Assembly: GCF_046119375.1 (NCBI RefSeq)
Contig: NW_027362771.1
Coordinates: forward strand, 507,656,001 to 507,720,000
Direction: 5' to 3'
Length of the DNA stretch: 64,000 nt
DNA from: Phyllobates terribilis
Lineage: Eukaryota
The position numbers and the translations under genes were made by a program. A model generated the notes under the pieces. That model was not told where the DNA came from, searched no databases, and saw only the letters and a list, made by a program, of their open reading frames with translations. The first letter of the stretch is position 1, and each line of letters opens with the position of its first letter. Shown here piece by piece: positions 51,901 to 63,827 of the stretch.

Positions 51901-52168
51901 AAATTTCTGGTGCCCATGCTTTGAATATCCTCTTTGATGTTACAGTCCATGAAAAACAACCCCGCATCCTCCCTTCCTGCCATTAAACCGCCTTTGACCG
52001 GTGGCATATCTGAGGGTCCACAGATCGGGTTATCCATATTTGGAACAGATATATTCCCCTTTGGTTCGTTGTGCCTAGCTTCTAAGAAAAAAACGTACCT
52101 GATTTAAGTGAGGGTTGTTAAATGGACGACGGACGTTTCGCATCTGGTCTGATGCTTCTACGAGTCCA
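48937..52168 (-). mobile_element. Penelope-like retroelement (RT plus GIY-YIG, Neptune-like long N-terminus), degenerate
   Basis: Minus frames from ATG 52037: N-terminal domain with HVPRGLWIFK...FCKEWEQI, then RT (ASIDIETLYTCIP, TAMGT, YFRYVDDVFIVW), then GIY-YIG (HIVYVIFCPSKFFYVGKT...VRFREH...GLND), stop at 49009. Several frameshifts. Confidence 0.9.
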
Positions 52169-52210
52169 GGTAGAAGTGTCAGACCAGACCCGAAACTGTT
52201 GTCGTCCATT
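52121..52210. ncRNA. Two inverted hammerhead-ribozyme-like motifs at the PLE 5' end
   Basis: Minus copy (52168-52121): UGGAC-UCGUAGAA-GCAUC(AGACCA)GAUGC-GAAACGUCCGUC-GUCCA. Plus copy (52170-52210): GUAGAA-GUGUC(AGACCA)GACCC-GAAACUGUUGUC-GUCCA. Confidence 0.55.
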
Positions 52211-52562
52211 GATTTCCCCGCACGCCTCCTGCATGTCCCGTGAATCGCAATAAAGGACTGTTTTTAGGAAATGGTGAGTGCTGTTTTTCTTTGTCCTGGA
52301 TGAACTGCAATACTAAACTTGCTATGCACCACAGCACTCCTTTTTTTTTTGATACCGCATTGGTTCACAGAAGGGTTAAGTGATTTGTAATGGTATGGTG
52401 CCGAAGACTATCTTACCATTATTGTTAGGATACCCTTTTTCTTATAAGTTTGTCGTGAACTTTGTGTTTTTTGCGCCCTACTATTTTTATATACAATAAA
52501 ATTATATATTTTCTGGTTTATTTTTCTATGTGGTCATTTAGTCTGTGTAGTATGTTATGTAC
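52169..52562 (+). mobile_element. Inverted pseudo-LTR of a related Penelope-like element
   Basis: The hammerhead-like motif is followed by AATAAA (52249), a GTGAGT donor-like site and a T-rich tail, in the opposite orientation to the PLE ORF. Confidence 0.5.
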
Positions 52563-52584
52563 TAAGTGTGAATACCTACCTTAA

Positions 52585-52928
52585 AAGGGTTGTCTGGTCT
52601 AAATTGAGCAAGTCTGCAGTCACGCTGTGTGACTGCAGATTTATCAATCCTCCCAGCACATGCACTGTGAGGATTCGCTGGGTATGTATGCATTATACAT
52701 ACTCCAGGCCAGAGCCCGATTAGTGGGCACGGCCTCATTCTATACACTCGTATGGAGTGAGGCCACGCTGCATCTGGCCGGGAGTATGTATAGCGCATAC
52801 ATACCCGCCGGTCCTGGCTCAGGAACTGGCGAATGCTCGCAGTGCAGAGTGCGTATGCTGCAGGGATTCATAAGTCTGCAGTCACACACAGTGACCGCAG
52901 ACTTATCGATTGAGACCGGACAACCCCT
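52585..52928. mobile_element. T2/Kolobok-type MITE
   Basis: TTAA|AAGGGTTGTCTGGTCT ... ACCGGACAACCCCT|TTAA, with internal inverted arms. Confidence 0.75.
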
Positions 52929-54082
52929 TTAAATTTATGACACTAATTATATTGTGGTGTATTTCTACACTAATACATTGTGACAAACTACAGCAGTTTG
53001 GAGCTAGGCCAGAATATCCGTTAATAAATTACCGTATGTGGAGAGTCATTCATTGGGTCTCCAGCATTTAGTGCTGCGGTTGGAAATCTGATGCTGGCGA
53101 CAGGCGCACCCCAGCAGTAACAGCAGATGGCTGGGGGTGAGAAGTGTCTTTTCACATCAGGGGGAACAAAGCCTAAATGTTCAGGCTACATGCAGCCATT
53201 TTCATCATGACGGACTTTGGAATAATATATAGTGTTACTTAATACAGGCTGGAAACTGCTGATGAACATGAAGCCGGTGTAGTACAAGCCCTAGTCTTTC
53301 TGCTCCACTTTCTCCTGCAATATTTTGTGAAACCACCTTGATCATTAAAATAAAAAGGTATACTGCAGAATAAATGAGCATTGGAGAAAAACAGACTGTT
53401 CTGGGCAGTGAATCCCTGTGTCGTGTACCACCCCATCAAGGCCTGCACTAAGAATTGTATCAGGCTCATACTGGAAACGCTGTCAGTCTGAACGGCCAGA
53501 GGGAGCAAGGTCCTAGACTGGCAGCATCAACACTTCTTACATCTAAATATTTAAGAGGGGGGTAATTATTCAAAGCTCAGACATTGCCATTCTGAATACA
53601 TCCAAGAAATCTGATTTACTAACCCTAGACCCATTCTGTAGTGGAGATCTCTGTTCCTACTGATAAAGCCATGTTCACATAGCATTTGACCCCACATTCA
53701 AGGTCTCTGTCTGGGCATCCGTCCGTATCCCCGCAAAACAGCATTCGGGTGTATGCGCTGATGAGGTTATTGACTATAATGATGCAGACGGAATTATACT
53801 GTGCTCTGTCGTGCATCATTTTCAGCCATATATACCTAGTTGAAATGATTAGCAAGACATAGTCGACTGCGTCTTGCTGCCTACCTCCAATAGTAAACAT
53901 TTGTTTCAGCGAGCAGAATTTTTAGTTAATAAAATGCAGCACTCATCATTAACTGAAAAGTTTTAATACAAAACAACAGAAGTTACACAGAAAAGTAAAG
54001 CATCTTCCATAAACATCACACATTCAGGATTCTAGGTAATATACTGGGTTGTGTCCGGGGTCTTCCATCTCTATCCACTGTA

Positions 54083-54133
54083 TTATACTCGTTCCAAAGC
54101 TTCTAACATAATGATGCTGTTCCCTCTTATAAC
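54083..54133 (-). CDS. SNRPG: Small nuclear ribonucleoprotein G (SmG), exon 4
   Basis: tttttAG|VIRGNSIIMLEALERV*; 51 nt; candidate ATTAAA poly(A) signal at ~53962-53967. Confidence 0.97.
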   Translation of the reverse strand, partial: VIRGNSIIMLEALERV

Positions 54134-55076
54134 CTAAAAAGACAAGAATGGATGCCGTATCACAAGTGAGAACTGGAGCATCAGATCACGCATTAATGTT
54201 TAGTATAAAAAAGGTTTCTATCCAAGGAAGGAAAAAAAACAACAAAAAAAAAACCACTTCCCAAAAGGATCCTCCCTCCTGAAATCCAAAGATATGAGAA
54301 TCAGATCAGCTCTGAACTTCACTGCTGACTGTCATGGGCTGTTGCTGTACTTACTAGGTGCTGGCATATTGCTAAAATAGATGGAAAACGAATTGATCCC
54401 AAAACAGAGGCCCCTTCAGCAGTACAACAGCGATCTCTATTATCTACTGCGAAAGCAACAGGAACATAGCTGGAGGCAAGTAAATGGGGTTGTATAGTAG
54501 TTGTCGGCATAGCGGGCGGCTTGTAACGCTGCTGTGCAGGAAATTAAGTGAATCCGTGAAAGAAATACACGTGCTGTGAATCATTCACTTGGAAGATTGG
54601 TTGAGATACAACTAAATTAAAAGGTAACCAGTAGTGTCAAAAATCCTATTAACCTGCAGATGTGGGGTTAATAGCGTACTAAAGCCGTGTGGTCGCCGCA
54701 CTGAAAGCCGCCGGGAGGAAATTAACTTTATTCCTTGGGCTTTCAGTTATAGAGGCCGGCAAGGCTTCAGTCACTGCTCAGTACACACAGTGAACAGTGG
54801 CGGATGTAACAGTGCTGAGCCTGCTGTCAGTCAGTGCCGAGGTGTAGTTACAGCCACCACTCACAATGTACTGAGCGCTGACTGAACTCGTGCCGGCCGT
54901 GCCTCTACGACCAAATGCTAGAAGAAATAAAGTTCATTTCCCCCTAATAGCCGGCCACACGGCTTTTGGAACGCTATTAACATGCAGAATAACCCAATGG
55001 CTGCAGGGTCATAGGATTTTGGGGCATGACAGGTGCCATTTAAGGACTGTAGAGCTAGTTCTCCTCTCACACTTAC

Positions 55077-55201
55077 CACCATGCCAATGTTGTTTTGGTG
55101 CCCAGATCCAGACACCTCCGTGCACTCATCTACCACCAAGTTCATGAATGGGTCAAACCCTCTAAGGATTCCTTGTACATGTCTGCCACCATTTAGTTTC
55201 A
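55077..55201 (-). CDS. SNRPG: SmG exon 3
   Basis: cttacAG|[42 protein letters not shown]|gtaagt; 125 nt. Confidence 0.98.
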
Positions 55202-55314
55202 CTGTAAGATGAGAGAAGAATAAAGGACAAGTGAAATCGGTAGGTGGGGGCTCTGCCCAGTGCTAAAATATAAAGTGTAGATGAGACGCGAGGCCGCGCA
55301 CAGAGGACACTTAC

Positions 55315-55337
55315 ATGACAGCTTCTTGTCCATGAAC
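55315..55337 (-). CDS. SNRPG: SmG exon 2 (23-nt microexon)
   Basis: ttttcAG|G TTC ATG GAC AAG AAG CTG TCA T|gtaagt (KFMDKKLS). Confidence 0.95.
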
Positions 55338-56390
55338 CTGAAAAAATAATCCAGAGTTAGTAGATATAAAAACAACTTACATTACATACTGATAACAATG
55401 AATATAGGACCCCGTCCCTGGGATCACTGCAGTGACTTTCATCAAGGAAATAATGGAGCACTGGTCCCTTTCACTCTGCAAAATCTGGTTGCTACTGGCA
55501 ACTGCCCCCTTTTTGGACTGGCTGTGATGATCACCACACTCCTCGTGGTATCAAACCAAATCATTATCAGCCATGTCCACAAAATAACGTTCACTATTAC
55601 TGTAATGGACACGTGGACAGTGATGAGGAAGATGGCGAAAACTCCAGAAAGCAATCACAGTGCGAAGAATAAAACCTGTGATTAGTGATTTTTTTCTTAA
55701 CGCTTTCTCTTACGACAAAGCCGGATGGTCAAAGAGGTTTTATCATGGGGATGATGAGAGTCGCTGACGGATTTGGTCCTTTAACGGGAACCAGTCATGG
55801 TGGGAAATATTTCCCTGCAGATAATACACTGTGTAGCGAGTGGGGACCGCGACAGCTCCAATTAGTGGTGACAAGCAGCTGCAGGAAGAATATTACTCCA
55901 TTTCTCCCTGAAGCCGCTGACCTAGGAAGGCAGGACTGTAACGCTATATACCTGATGATTAACCCTTTCTAAATATCATTTCACGACATGACAGGTTCCC
56001 TTTAAATGTGATTTGTGATACATGGGCATGGCATAGTCACAAAATATAAATCCACTGTGAAAACACAGGTGAACAGAGTACATGGGTGGCCATCTGAGGC
56101 CTTGTAACCTTTACATATTTTGCTATGGGCATCTGCACCACAAGCGCATGTGCAGAATCACTCCCATAACTAGACACCAATCAGAAACCAGCTTTCATGT
56201 TTTAACCCTCCACTTTGGACTAAAAAAGGCCATATGATTGGTCGCTGTGGGATCCTGACAGCTCTGGGTCCTTGCGCCGCATGCGCCATACTCGGCCTGC
56301 TGCAGTTATGTCTCCTCCTCAGGCCTGAAGACAAACTGTAATGATGGCGCTTGAGCCCCGCGCCCCCTCCACCATCCCCGGGGGTCTTAC

Positions 56391-56422
56391 TTCTTCAGCT
56401 CGGGCGGGTGTGCTTTGCTCAT
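56391..56422 (-). CDS. SNRPG: SmG exon 1
   Basis: ATG AGC AAA GCA CAC CCG CCC GAG CTG AAG AA|gtaaga (MSKAHPPELK). Total CDS is 231 nt = 76 aa. Confidence 0.97.
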
Positions 56423-56849
56423 TTTCCTTCCTCGTGTGGCGCCGGCTCGTATCACACAACAGCTCCAGCCGCCAGGAAACCAGCAACGTTTTTACAAAAG
56501 GCGCACACTATTGACGTAAGGGGAAGCGGAACAGGCGGTGACGACTGCACGGGGCGGACATTTTTGTTTTGGGCGAAGCCACCCAAACTGTAACAGAGGG
56601 GAACGTGAGATAAATCACAGTGCAGCTGTGGACACAGCTGTATAACGTCGTACGTGGAGGAGCTGGTCCGCGCCATCTTTCTACCTGCTTCTAGGTTATA
56701 CATGTTGTTATCGCTCCCTGATGCCAGAAACAAACTTGGCGGATAGTGATGCCGAAGCGTCCTAGGATACAGGAAGTGACGCAGTAAGGGCGGAAGCGCG
56801 ATCCCATGCCCTTGGAGCCCATGCTGCTGCATGTTTCTACTACATAGAA
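56423..56849. promoter_or_regulatory. Divergent (bidirectional) CpG-rich promoter region SNRPG/FAM136A
   Basis: The start codons are 427 nt apart on opposite strands. Motifs: TGACGTA (56512), GGGGCGG (56551), CGCCATCTT YY1-type (56671), GGAAGTGACGCA ETS-CRE-type (56772). Confidence 0.75.
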
Positions 56850-56936
56850 ATGGCTGAGGAGTATCAGAACCGGCTGCAGAATGCGGTGGACGGTATGGTG
56901 AAGAGCCTGGAGAGGGAGAATATCCGGAAGATGCAG
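56850..56936 (+). CDS. FAM136A: FAM136A exon 1
   Basis: MAEEYQNRLQNAVDGMVKSLERENIRKMQ|gtggga; 87 nt, phase 0. Confidence 0.93.
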
Positions 56937-58349
56937 GTGGGAGAGAGTGTGACCAGTGCCTGGACCTGCCCAGTGCAGGGACTAATAATGGCCAGCATAC
57001 CATGAACCCTTTAAGGACGTAGGAGATTTTTATATATTTTATTGGTTACACTTTTATTTTTCCTGCTCTTCTTACATGAGCAATAATGTTTTATAGCAGA
57101 ACTTCTGTCATGGATGGAGAAATGCAAGCGCCCAGAGAGGTTCTGTGCGCCTCATCCAAGAGAATCAGGCCGATAATGCAAAAACACACTCTGATCAAAC
57201 TCATGGTGGGATCTGATCCTCCTGGAGGAGGAGAAGATGGAGAAAAAATAGTCACAATCTTCTCCATTCTGTCAGTGTGCGGAAATCAGACTGCACTCAG
57301 ATGTCATCCAAGTGCAGTCTGATGTTTCCCACACACTCCTTGACTTGCACGGCTGAGTGCGATCCGAATATCAGATCAAACTTGGTCATGCAGAGATTTG
57401 TTTTTTTTTCCTCAGATAGAAAATATGCTTGTCTGCACCTACCCTTACAGTGAGCAGCCCGAGGGTGCACTGCTGTAACCACACATCAGTCCCCTGCAGC
57501 GCAGTCGTGGGGCGCTGATGCAATAGAAGGCTGATTTGTGCTATTGCAGGATATAGTATAAGCAATCCGCCGACCACAGGTTCAAGTTCCCTAAGAGGAC
57601 TAAAAAAATTAAGTAAAAAAAAAACCTTCAAAATTTGAATCCTCTTTTTCCACCATTTAAACTCAAGATCTTAAAACATTAAAGACATTAAAGAATTAGA
57701 CTTATATTGGGTGCCTGAAAAACACATATAAAATACACAGCTGCCTGTTCAGAATCACAGCATCAAAAAGGGGAAAAATCCGGCATACGCTCCCAGAGAT
57801 ATAGGTCATGCCCCCTTGGTAGAATATAACCCTAAATAATAAGGCCCATACCTCTGGAACTGTATGGCGGATTTTAAAAGAACAGAAAAGAGCAAAAACT
57901 GCCCTCTTATGACCCAGTGATGGTGGTTACATGGCAGCGATCTGAGCGAGCTCTGGACACTGCTGTGATAGCGAACACCTGCCCTGTGTGGCGTAGGCTC
58001 TGCTCCTGCCCCATATACCCATCCCATGAAGGGTATGCATATGTCGCGGAGCGGGAAGGGGTTAATTAGCCATCTGGTGACCTGTGTTATTATATGCAAT
58101 ATCAATATGGCTGTGTTATCATTCTGCCTATCATCAGAGAAGTGCTGTTATAGTCATGTGACCGCTGCAGCCAATCAGAGAATTCATCTGTGCTATGACT
58201 TGCACAATGGCACATTTATCACTTTTGCAGCCGGTGCAGCACTGCCCTGGATCCATAGGGATGACAGAAGGGCGAGTACACTTCCGATTGTTATCTTGAA
58301 AAGATCCGTGTCTAAGGGAAACATTTTTTCAATGTTGGACAGCCCCTTT

Positions 58350-58590
58350 AAGGAGTGGCTTGAGAAACATGACTTAGAGATGATGGCGATGACTTGGTCT
58401 GTAAATTTCCCAGATCTTATTCTGATCGGGCCTCTGCGGGCTATCCCGATAACATGGCCACACCTTTTATCCTACTATTAACCTCTTGGTATCTGATACC
58501 ATAGGACACCTTCAGAAGTCTAGTGACCTCCAAGCAACCACAGGTCCAGAGGTGCTTTATTATTTTGAGGGTGAACACAATATTCGGTTT
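58350..58590 (+). mobile_element. Tc1 transposase remnant
   Basis: KEWLEKHDLEMMAMTWSVNFPDLILI is a decayed WPxxSPDLNPIE motif. Confidence 0.5.
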
Positions 58591-59422
58591 ATGCTGCAAC
58601 CATAGAAAATTATTACAATTTCAGCGTCCCCAGTGGTTGATACTTTTTAATAACCATTAAAAAGTAACAACCACTGAGGACTCTGAAATTTTAATATTTT
58701 TCTATCTCCCCACTAACACGATAGAAATATATATATATCTTATTCATATTCATGCTGCAACCATAGACATCATGTAAAGTCACTGCAGTGCACTAGTGTG
58801 GCCACAAGGTGGCAGACGTGTACAAATGATGACATACAGTGTTGTGTGAGGTCTCCACAGTTGCAGAAATGTCATTGGTTTCATGATCAGCTTATATAAT
58901 TATCTTGTGAGACCCTCAGACACCTTTGATCTTATTTTAGCAGACCCATGATGATGAATACTTTTGAGGCTGTATTTTGTTCTTTTAATTTGCACCTTTT
59001 GTGTTACTGTCTGTAAGGAGAGCTGTGTGTGACATACTTCTTTGTGTGTACATGCCCCCACGCTGTATCGCCTCTGCACTGGCGGTGTAATGACCGTGCT
59101 GCCCCCCCGGAGAAGATGTGCAGAGGTGTCTTCTCCAGATTATGTACAGTCACATAGAGGGCATTAGAAGGGGCATGTAAGGCCGTTAGGAAAGTAAATC
59201 TGTGCGTCAGGGGACTACAGTAGGGTCCTGATGATGGCCGCCGGCCCATGATGGACTGCACTGAACTCTGCTCTTTGCTTTTGACTGTCTGGTTAATGTT
59301 TGCGGAGATGCCTCCAGTAATCGTTGGCTATTTTCTACTGCAATATCATTTTTAACCCCTTATTGATCTGCCATCTAAAGGTTTTGGGAAAACTCCTGTT
59401 CTTCTGCTGCAGTTTTGTTTAA

Positions 59423-59743
59423 AAGGGAACCTGTGAGGCGATTCATGCCGCCTAAACCACAGGCAGCATGAATGGAGTTGGTGTTTAATTCTCCGGCACG
59501 TCAAAGAAAAGCCACTAGGATCCTTCTGGGGACGATTTGGAGACTGGTCTGGCTCCGCTCCCGGACATCTTTCCCATCCGGTGTGTACATAGAGAGACTT
59601 GTCAGTCACCTGCAGCAGCGCTGGGAAGAGGCGGCCAAGGAGTTTCAAGGTGTATATTCTCTGAAAGGCCTGAGCGTTAAGGAGAATAATATACCTGGCT
59701 GCAATTGTGGTTTGGGTAGCAGGACTCACCTGAAGGGTTCCCA
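59423..59743. mobile_element. T2/Kolobok-type MITE
   Basis: TTAA|AAGGGAACCTGTGAGG ... CCTGAAGGGTTCCCA|TTAA. Confidence 0.65.
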
Positions 59744-61357
59744 TTAAAATGAGACAAATTGTCCTTTACTCCTCCTCCTCAGGTCCAGCGCTGAGTCTCC
59801 GCCGCTGCTCTGGCGTCTGTTACTATCTACAGTGCTGACGTCATGTTGACATTGCCAGTAATGGAGCTGAGCGTTTCTCATGCCTTCAGCTCAGGCAGAG
59901 ATGCTGATCTCACTGATGCGTGGGGCTGTCAACGTGACATCAGAGCTGCAGGGACTCGGCGCTGGACCCAGGAAGGGTGAGTTAAGCACAGGTTTGTTTG
60001 TCTTTTAAAACCAACTGCAGCTGAGGACAATGAGAAAATCCCTTTAATGAGCAGTCAGTGCTTTTAGCTTTTTCCTGTCCACATTTCAGCAGCCATTTTT
60101 TTTTTTTATTACTGACATGTCTGTATGAGGCCTTGTTTTTTTTTTTGCAAGTATTATTACGTTAGTTTTCTTCCCTATTTTGCAGGGTACAAATAAACTT
60201 TGTGCAATTTATATAATTTAGCAATTTCTTGAATCCTTTTTTATTTTTTTTGTTAATTTTATTGCTTTTATGATTCATGTTTCACAAGCAGTTGAATGCA
60301 TTCTTCAGGTTATTACGGTTGTGTGGATACCTAATGTGTGTACGTTTTTTGTTATAAAATGCATTTCAGTACACATTTATATGAAAATTCACGTATTCTT
60401 TTGGTGATAGAGACTTTATTTTATTTTTTTAATTACATTTTTATTCGGCCCTGATGTTTTGATGTGATCTTTTTTTTACATAATGTTTCTTTATCCATAT
60501 ACAGTTATTATTTTTTTTTTCTCTTTATTTTGCATTTTTATTATTGTAATTGTGGCTTCTTTTGTAGCCCCCGCATACAGGGGACAATAGCCCATTACTG
60601 TGTCAGACGTCACTGGCAGCCTATCTGGGTCTCCTATGCAGGTCACTTCCAAACAGAAAACTGGTGTGTACAGGTGCATATTAAGAGTAGCCATCTCCAT
60701 ATGTAAGTAACAAAGTTGCACTCTGTAGCTCTATAGCATGCAAACATGAAATATATGAAATTGGAATTGCATTACTGCTCTAGAAAATAATTAAAATGAA
60801 GATACTTAGCGCAAAAATTGGCCAATTCATGTGTACCCGGCAGCCACAATAAGGCGACTCTCTCTGCTGGGAACCTATCTAGTGTGAATCCTCTCATGGG
60901 CTAAGTATCTTAATTTTTCATATTTTCTAGAGCAGTAATGCAATTCAGATTTCATATATTTCCGTTTGTATGCTATAGCGTTGCAGAGTGCTACTTTATT
61001 TGTTGGTTACTATGCAGGGCAGAAATACGACGATCATTAGATTCAATCTACGCATCTGCTTTGCTATTGCTTTTATTTAGCACATAACGTTGTATGAGTT
61101 CTACGCTGCCAGCAAAAGAGAAGACAGAAGCCGTAATAAGCTCCGTCTGTCTTCTGTGCGGGGTCCCCGGTTGTGTCGGTCAGCCCAGGACCTGACTGTT
61201 GCTGCTAGATTGCAGGAACTTAAATATAAAAGGCACAAAATAACAAAAAACCCGAAACACCAGAAATCATGTTAATAGCAGGTGGTGGTCTTAATGTGAG
61301 TACAGGGGTGCCAGGTCCTCCTTGCTGGTGGACTGGAGGCCAATACTGGTGTAAAAG

Positions 61358-61642
61358 CAGGGCGTCGGAGTCGGTATAAAATGGTCCGACTCCTAAAATA
61401 TATAATAAATTGGGTACAGTAGTTCAATGCAGTTTGTGGGGAATATTTTTTCATAAGAATTTGGGAAAGTTATGAAGGGTCCTATAAATGTCTGTCCTAC
61501 TCCTGATCTAAGGATCTAGACTTTTAGCTGAGATGAATCTGGGCTACAGTAAATTTATCACTTAAACATGAGCCATGTATGAGGGAGTCTGAGTCATAGA
61601 ATTGAGGAGTCGGAGGTTTGGCTTACCGACTCCACCACCCTG
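61358..61642. mobile_element. hAT-like MITE
   Basis: CAGGGCGTCGGAGTCGG ... CCGACTCCACCACCCTG; near-perfect 8-bp TSD tgtaaaag/tataaaag. Confidence 0.7.
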
Positions 61643-61991
61643 TATAAAAGGATAGAGAGTAGGACATAATGAAAAAAGTTGAGAGACTTTATTCGTGTTT
61701 GTTTTTTAAAGGGATCCCAGCCTTCAGCTCACGGAATAAACCTTTTTTTACATATTGATTGTTAGTAATGTGGGTCATACCTGAGAGTTCAGTGGCGTTC
61801 GTAGTGGCACTGTCATCTTTGCCACTAGTCACTCATTACGTCACATTTCTGTGAGACCACCAGTACGTATACCTGGGGCAGAAGGGAAAAGATAAGGCAT
61901 GGTACAGCAGTCACTGCCCTAAATAGAGCCCTGCATCTGTATATTATGTGTTCAGGAACGTGACTTTATTCCACTCTGGTTCTTCTTTCAG

Positions 61992-62132
61992 GGGAAGATG
62001 TTCCTGTGTAGTGCACAATGCTGTGATAACGAGAAGGCCTCCATGCAGCAGGTGCACAGCTGCATCGAGCGCTGCCATGCCCCCCTCGCACAGGCGCAGA
62101 GTCTGGTCACCAATGAGCTGGAGAGATTTCAG
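61992..62132 (+). CDS. FAM136A: FAM136A exon 2
   Basis: tctttcAG|[47 protein letters not shown]|gtaagt; 141 nt. Confidence 0.97.
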
Positions 62133-62243
62133 GTAAGTCCAACAATAATCTCAATACAATTTTTTTTTTCTGTATAATCCAGCAGGGGGCAGCAAAGTTC
62201 TATTGTAACCAGTGTTCATGGTTTTCAGGATAATGCTGCATAT

Positions 62244-62520
62244 GGCAGGGGACAGTTCGTTACCCCGGGGCGGCAGGGGACAGTTCGTTACCCCGGGGCG
62301 GCAGGGGACAGTTCGTTACCCCGGGGCGGCAGGGGACAGTTCGTTACCCCGGGGCGGCAGGGGACAGTTCGTTACCCCGGGGCGGCAGGGGACAGTTCGT
62401 TACCCCGGGGCGGCAGGGGACAGTTCGTTACCCCGGGGCGACAGGGGACAGTTCGTTACCCCGGGGCGGCAAGGGACAGTTCTTTACCCCGGGGCGGCAG
62501 GGGACAGTTCATTACCCAGG
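62244..62520. repeat. 28-bp G-rich minisatellite (~10 copies) in FAM136A intron 2
   Basis: Unit ggcaggggacagttcgttaccccggggc, nearly invariant. Confidence 0.95.
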
Positions 62521-63342
62521 GTTTTATGTGTCCTAGTAAAGAAACCATGTGATAAGATGGAGCTTACTAATTCAAGGAGTTTTCTAGATATAATTTTGCA
62601 GTGCATCAGTATCAGCTGAGTAAAAATCACAGTGAGCTGAACTCCGCCACCCACTGCCGCCGCCTCGGGTCCATGTTGATAGGACAAGCATCGGTGATCT
62701 CACAACTACAGCGCATGACCACTACAGACAATCACTGGGCTCAGCGGTTTTGTGCCGCGTACTTAAGCATGACCGCTGAGCCCAGTGATTGGCTCCGGGG
62801 GGAACGTCCTGTAGTTGTACTACAAATACTGTAAACCCCTTTAAGGCTCTGTTTACATCTGCGTTGTGCCTTACATTCATAACAGAAGCCACCACGCTCT
62901 GTCGGATCTGTGCTACCAGTGATGGCAGCAGTACCCATTGATTTATATTGGGGCTGTGTCAAAATATCCAGCGTTTTGATGAGAGGAATATCGCCACTTG
63001 CGTTCCTTTTTTTTCATGTTAAAAGTGCCAAAATCTGAATCCGAGATGTGGATGCAAGCAGAGCCTCAATATTTTGGGGAAATTTTATCACGTTCTCATC
63101 ACTTTTTCTAGCCTACGTATCTACCAATTTTACTACACCCTGTTTTTTTTTGTGGAAAAATTTGGGAACTGTTAAATTTTTTTTTTGTTCTCTTTTTACT
63201 TGAAAAGTGGTCAGAATGTAGCGAAAGCCTCCACCGATGTCAGCACTGCTATAATTTACTCCAGGTATTGGCATAGACTTGCACTATGATTTGTACCATT
63301 ATCACGTTTGGCAGCTGGAGTTCATTCATGGACAGTTTTTAA

Positions 63343-63672
63343 AGGGGTTTTCTGTTGAAAATGAATTATCGCCTATCCACTTGATAGGGGGTAACTTACT
63401 GATCGTTGGGGGTCTGACCACTGGGACCCTCAGCAGAATGGGGACTGCTATCTCCGTTACGAAACAGAGCTGCAGGTCGGATACGTGACCAATGCTCCAT
63501 TCATTCCCTATGAGGCTGCCATAAAAGATGAGCGCAGGCCCATAGGGAATAAATGGAGGAGCGGTCAGGCATCCGCACTGCTGCTCCATTCTAACAGGGG
63601 TTAAAGTATCGGGTTCTGCCAATCCGTGCAGGTCCAAGGTGTCAGATCTTCTCCGATCCATACACAGCCCCT
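63343..63672. mobile_element. T2/Kolobok-type MITE
   Basis: TTAA|AGGGGTTTTCTG ... CAGCCCCT|TTAA. Confidence 0.6.
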
Positions 63673-63827
63673 TTAAGACTGCCTGTACGGGCCCATAATT
63701 GGCTGCATGTAACTTTTCTGGTGACACCCCCCTGTATTTCGCTTTAGACTTATAGTACATGTCCATTCACATTCAATGCTACAGAGTCTTGATTAATGTC
63801 GCTCCCCTGAATCCTCCTCCCCCCTAG

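Noticed and set aside
62212-62619. 135-aa repetitive ORF
   Set aside because: It is the translation of the 28-bp minisatellite (3 units = 28 aa) inside FAM136A intron 2.
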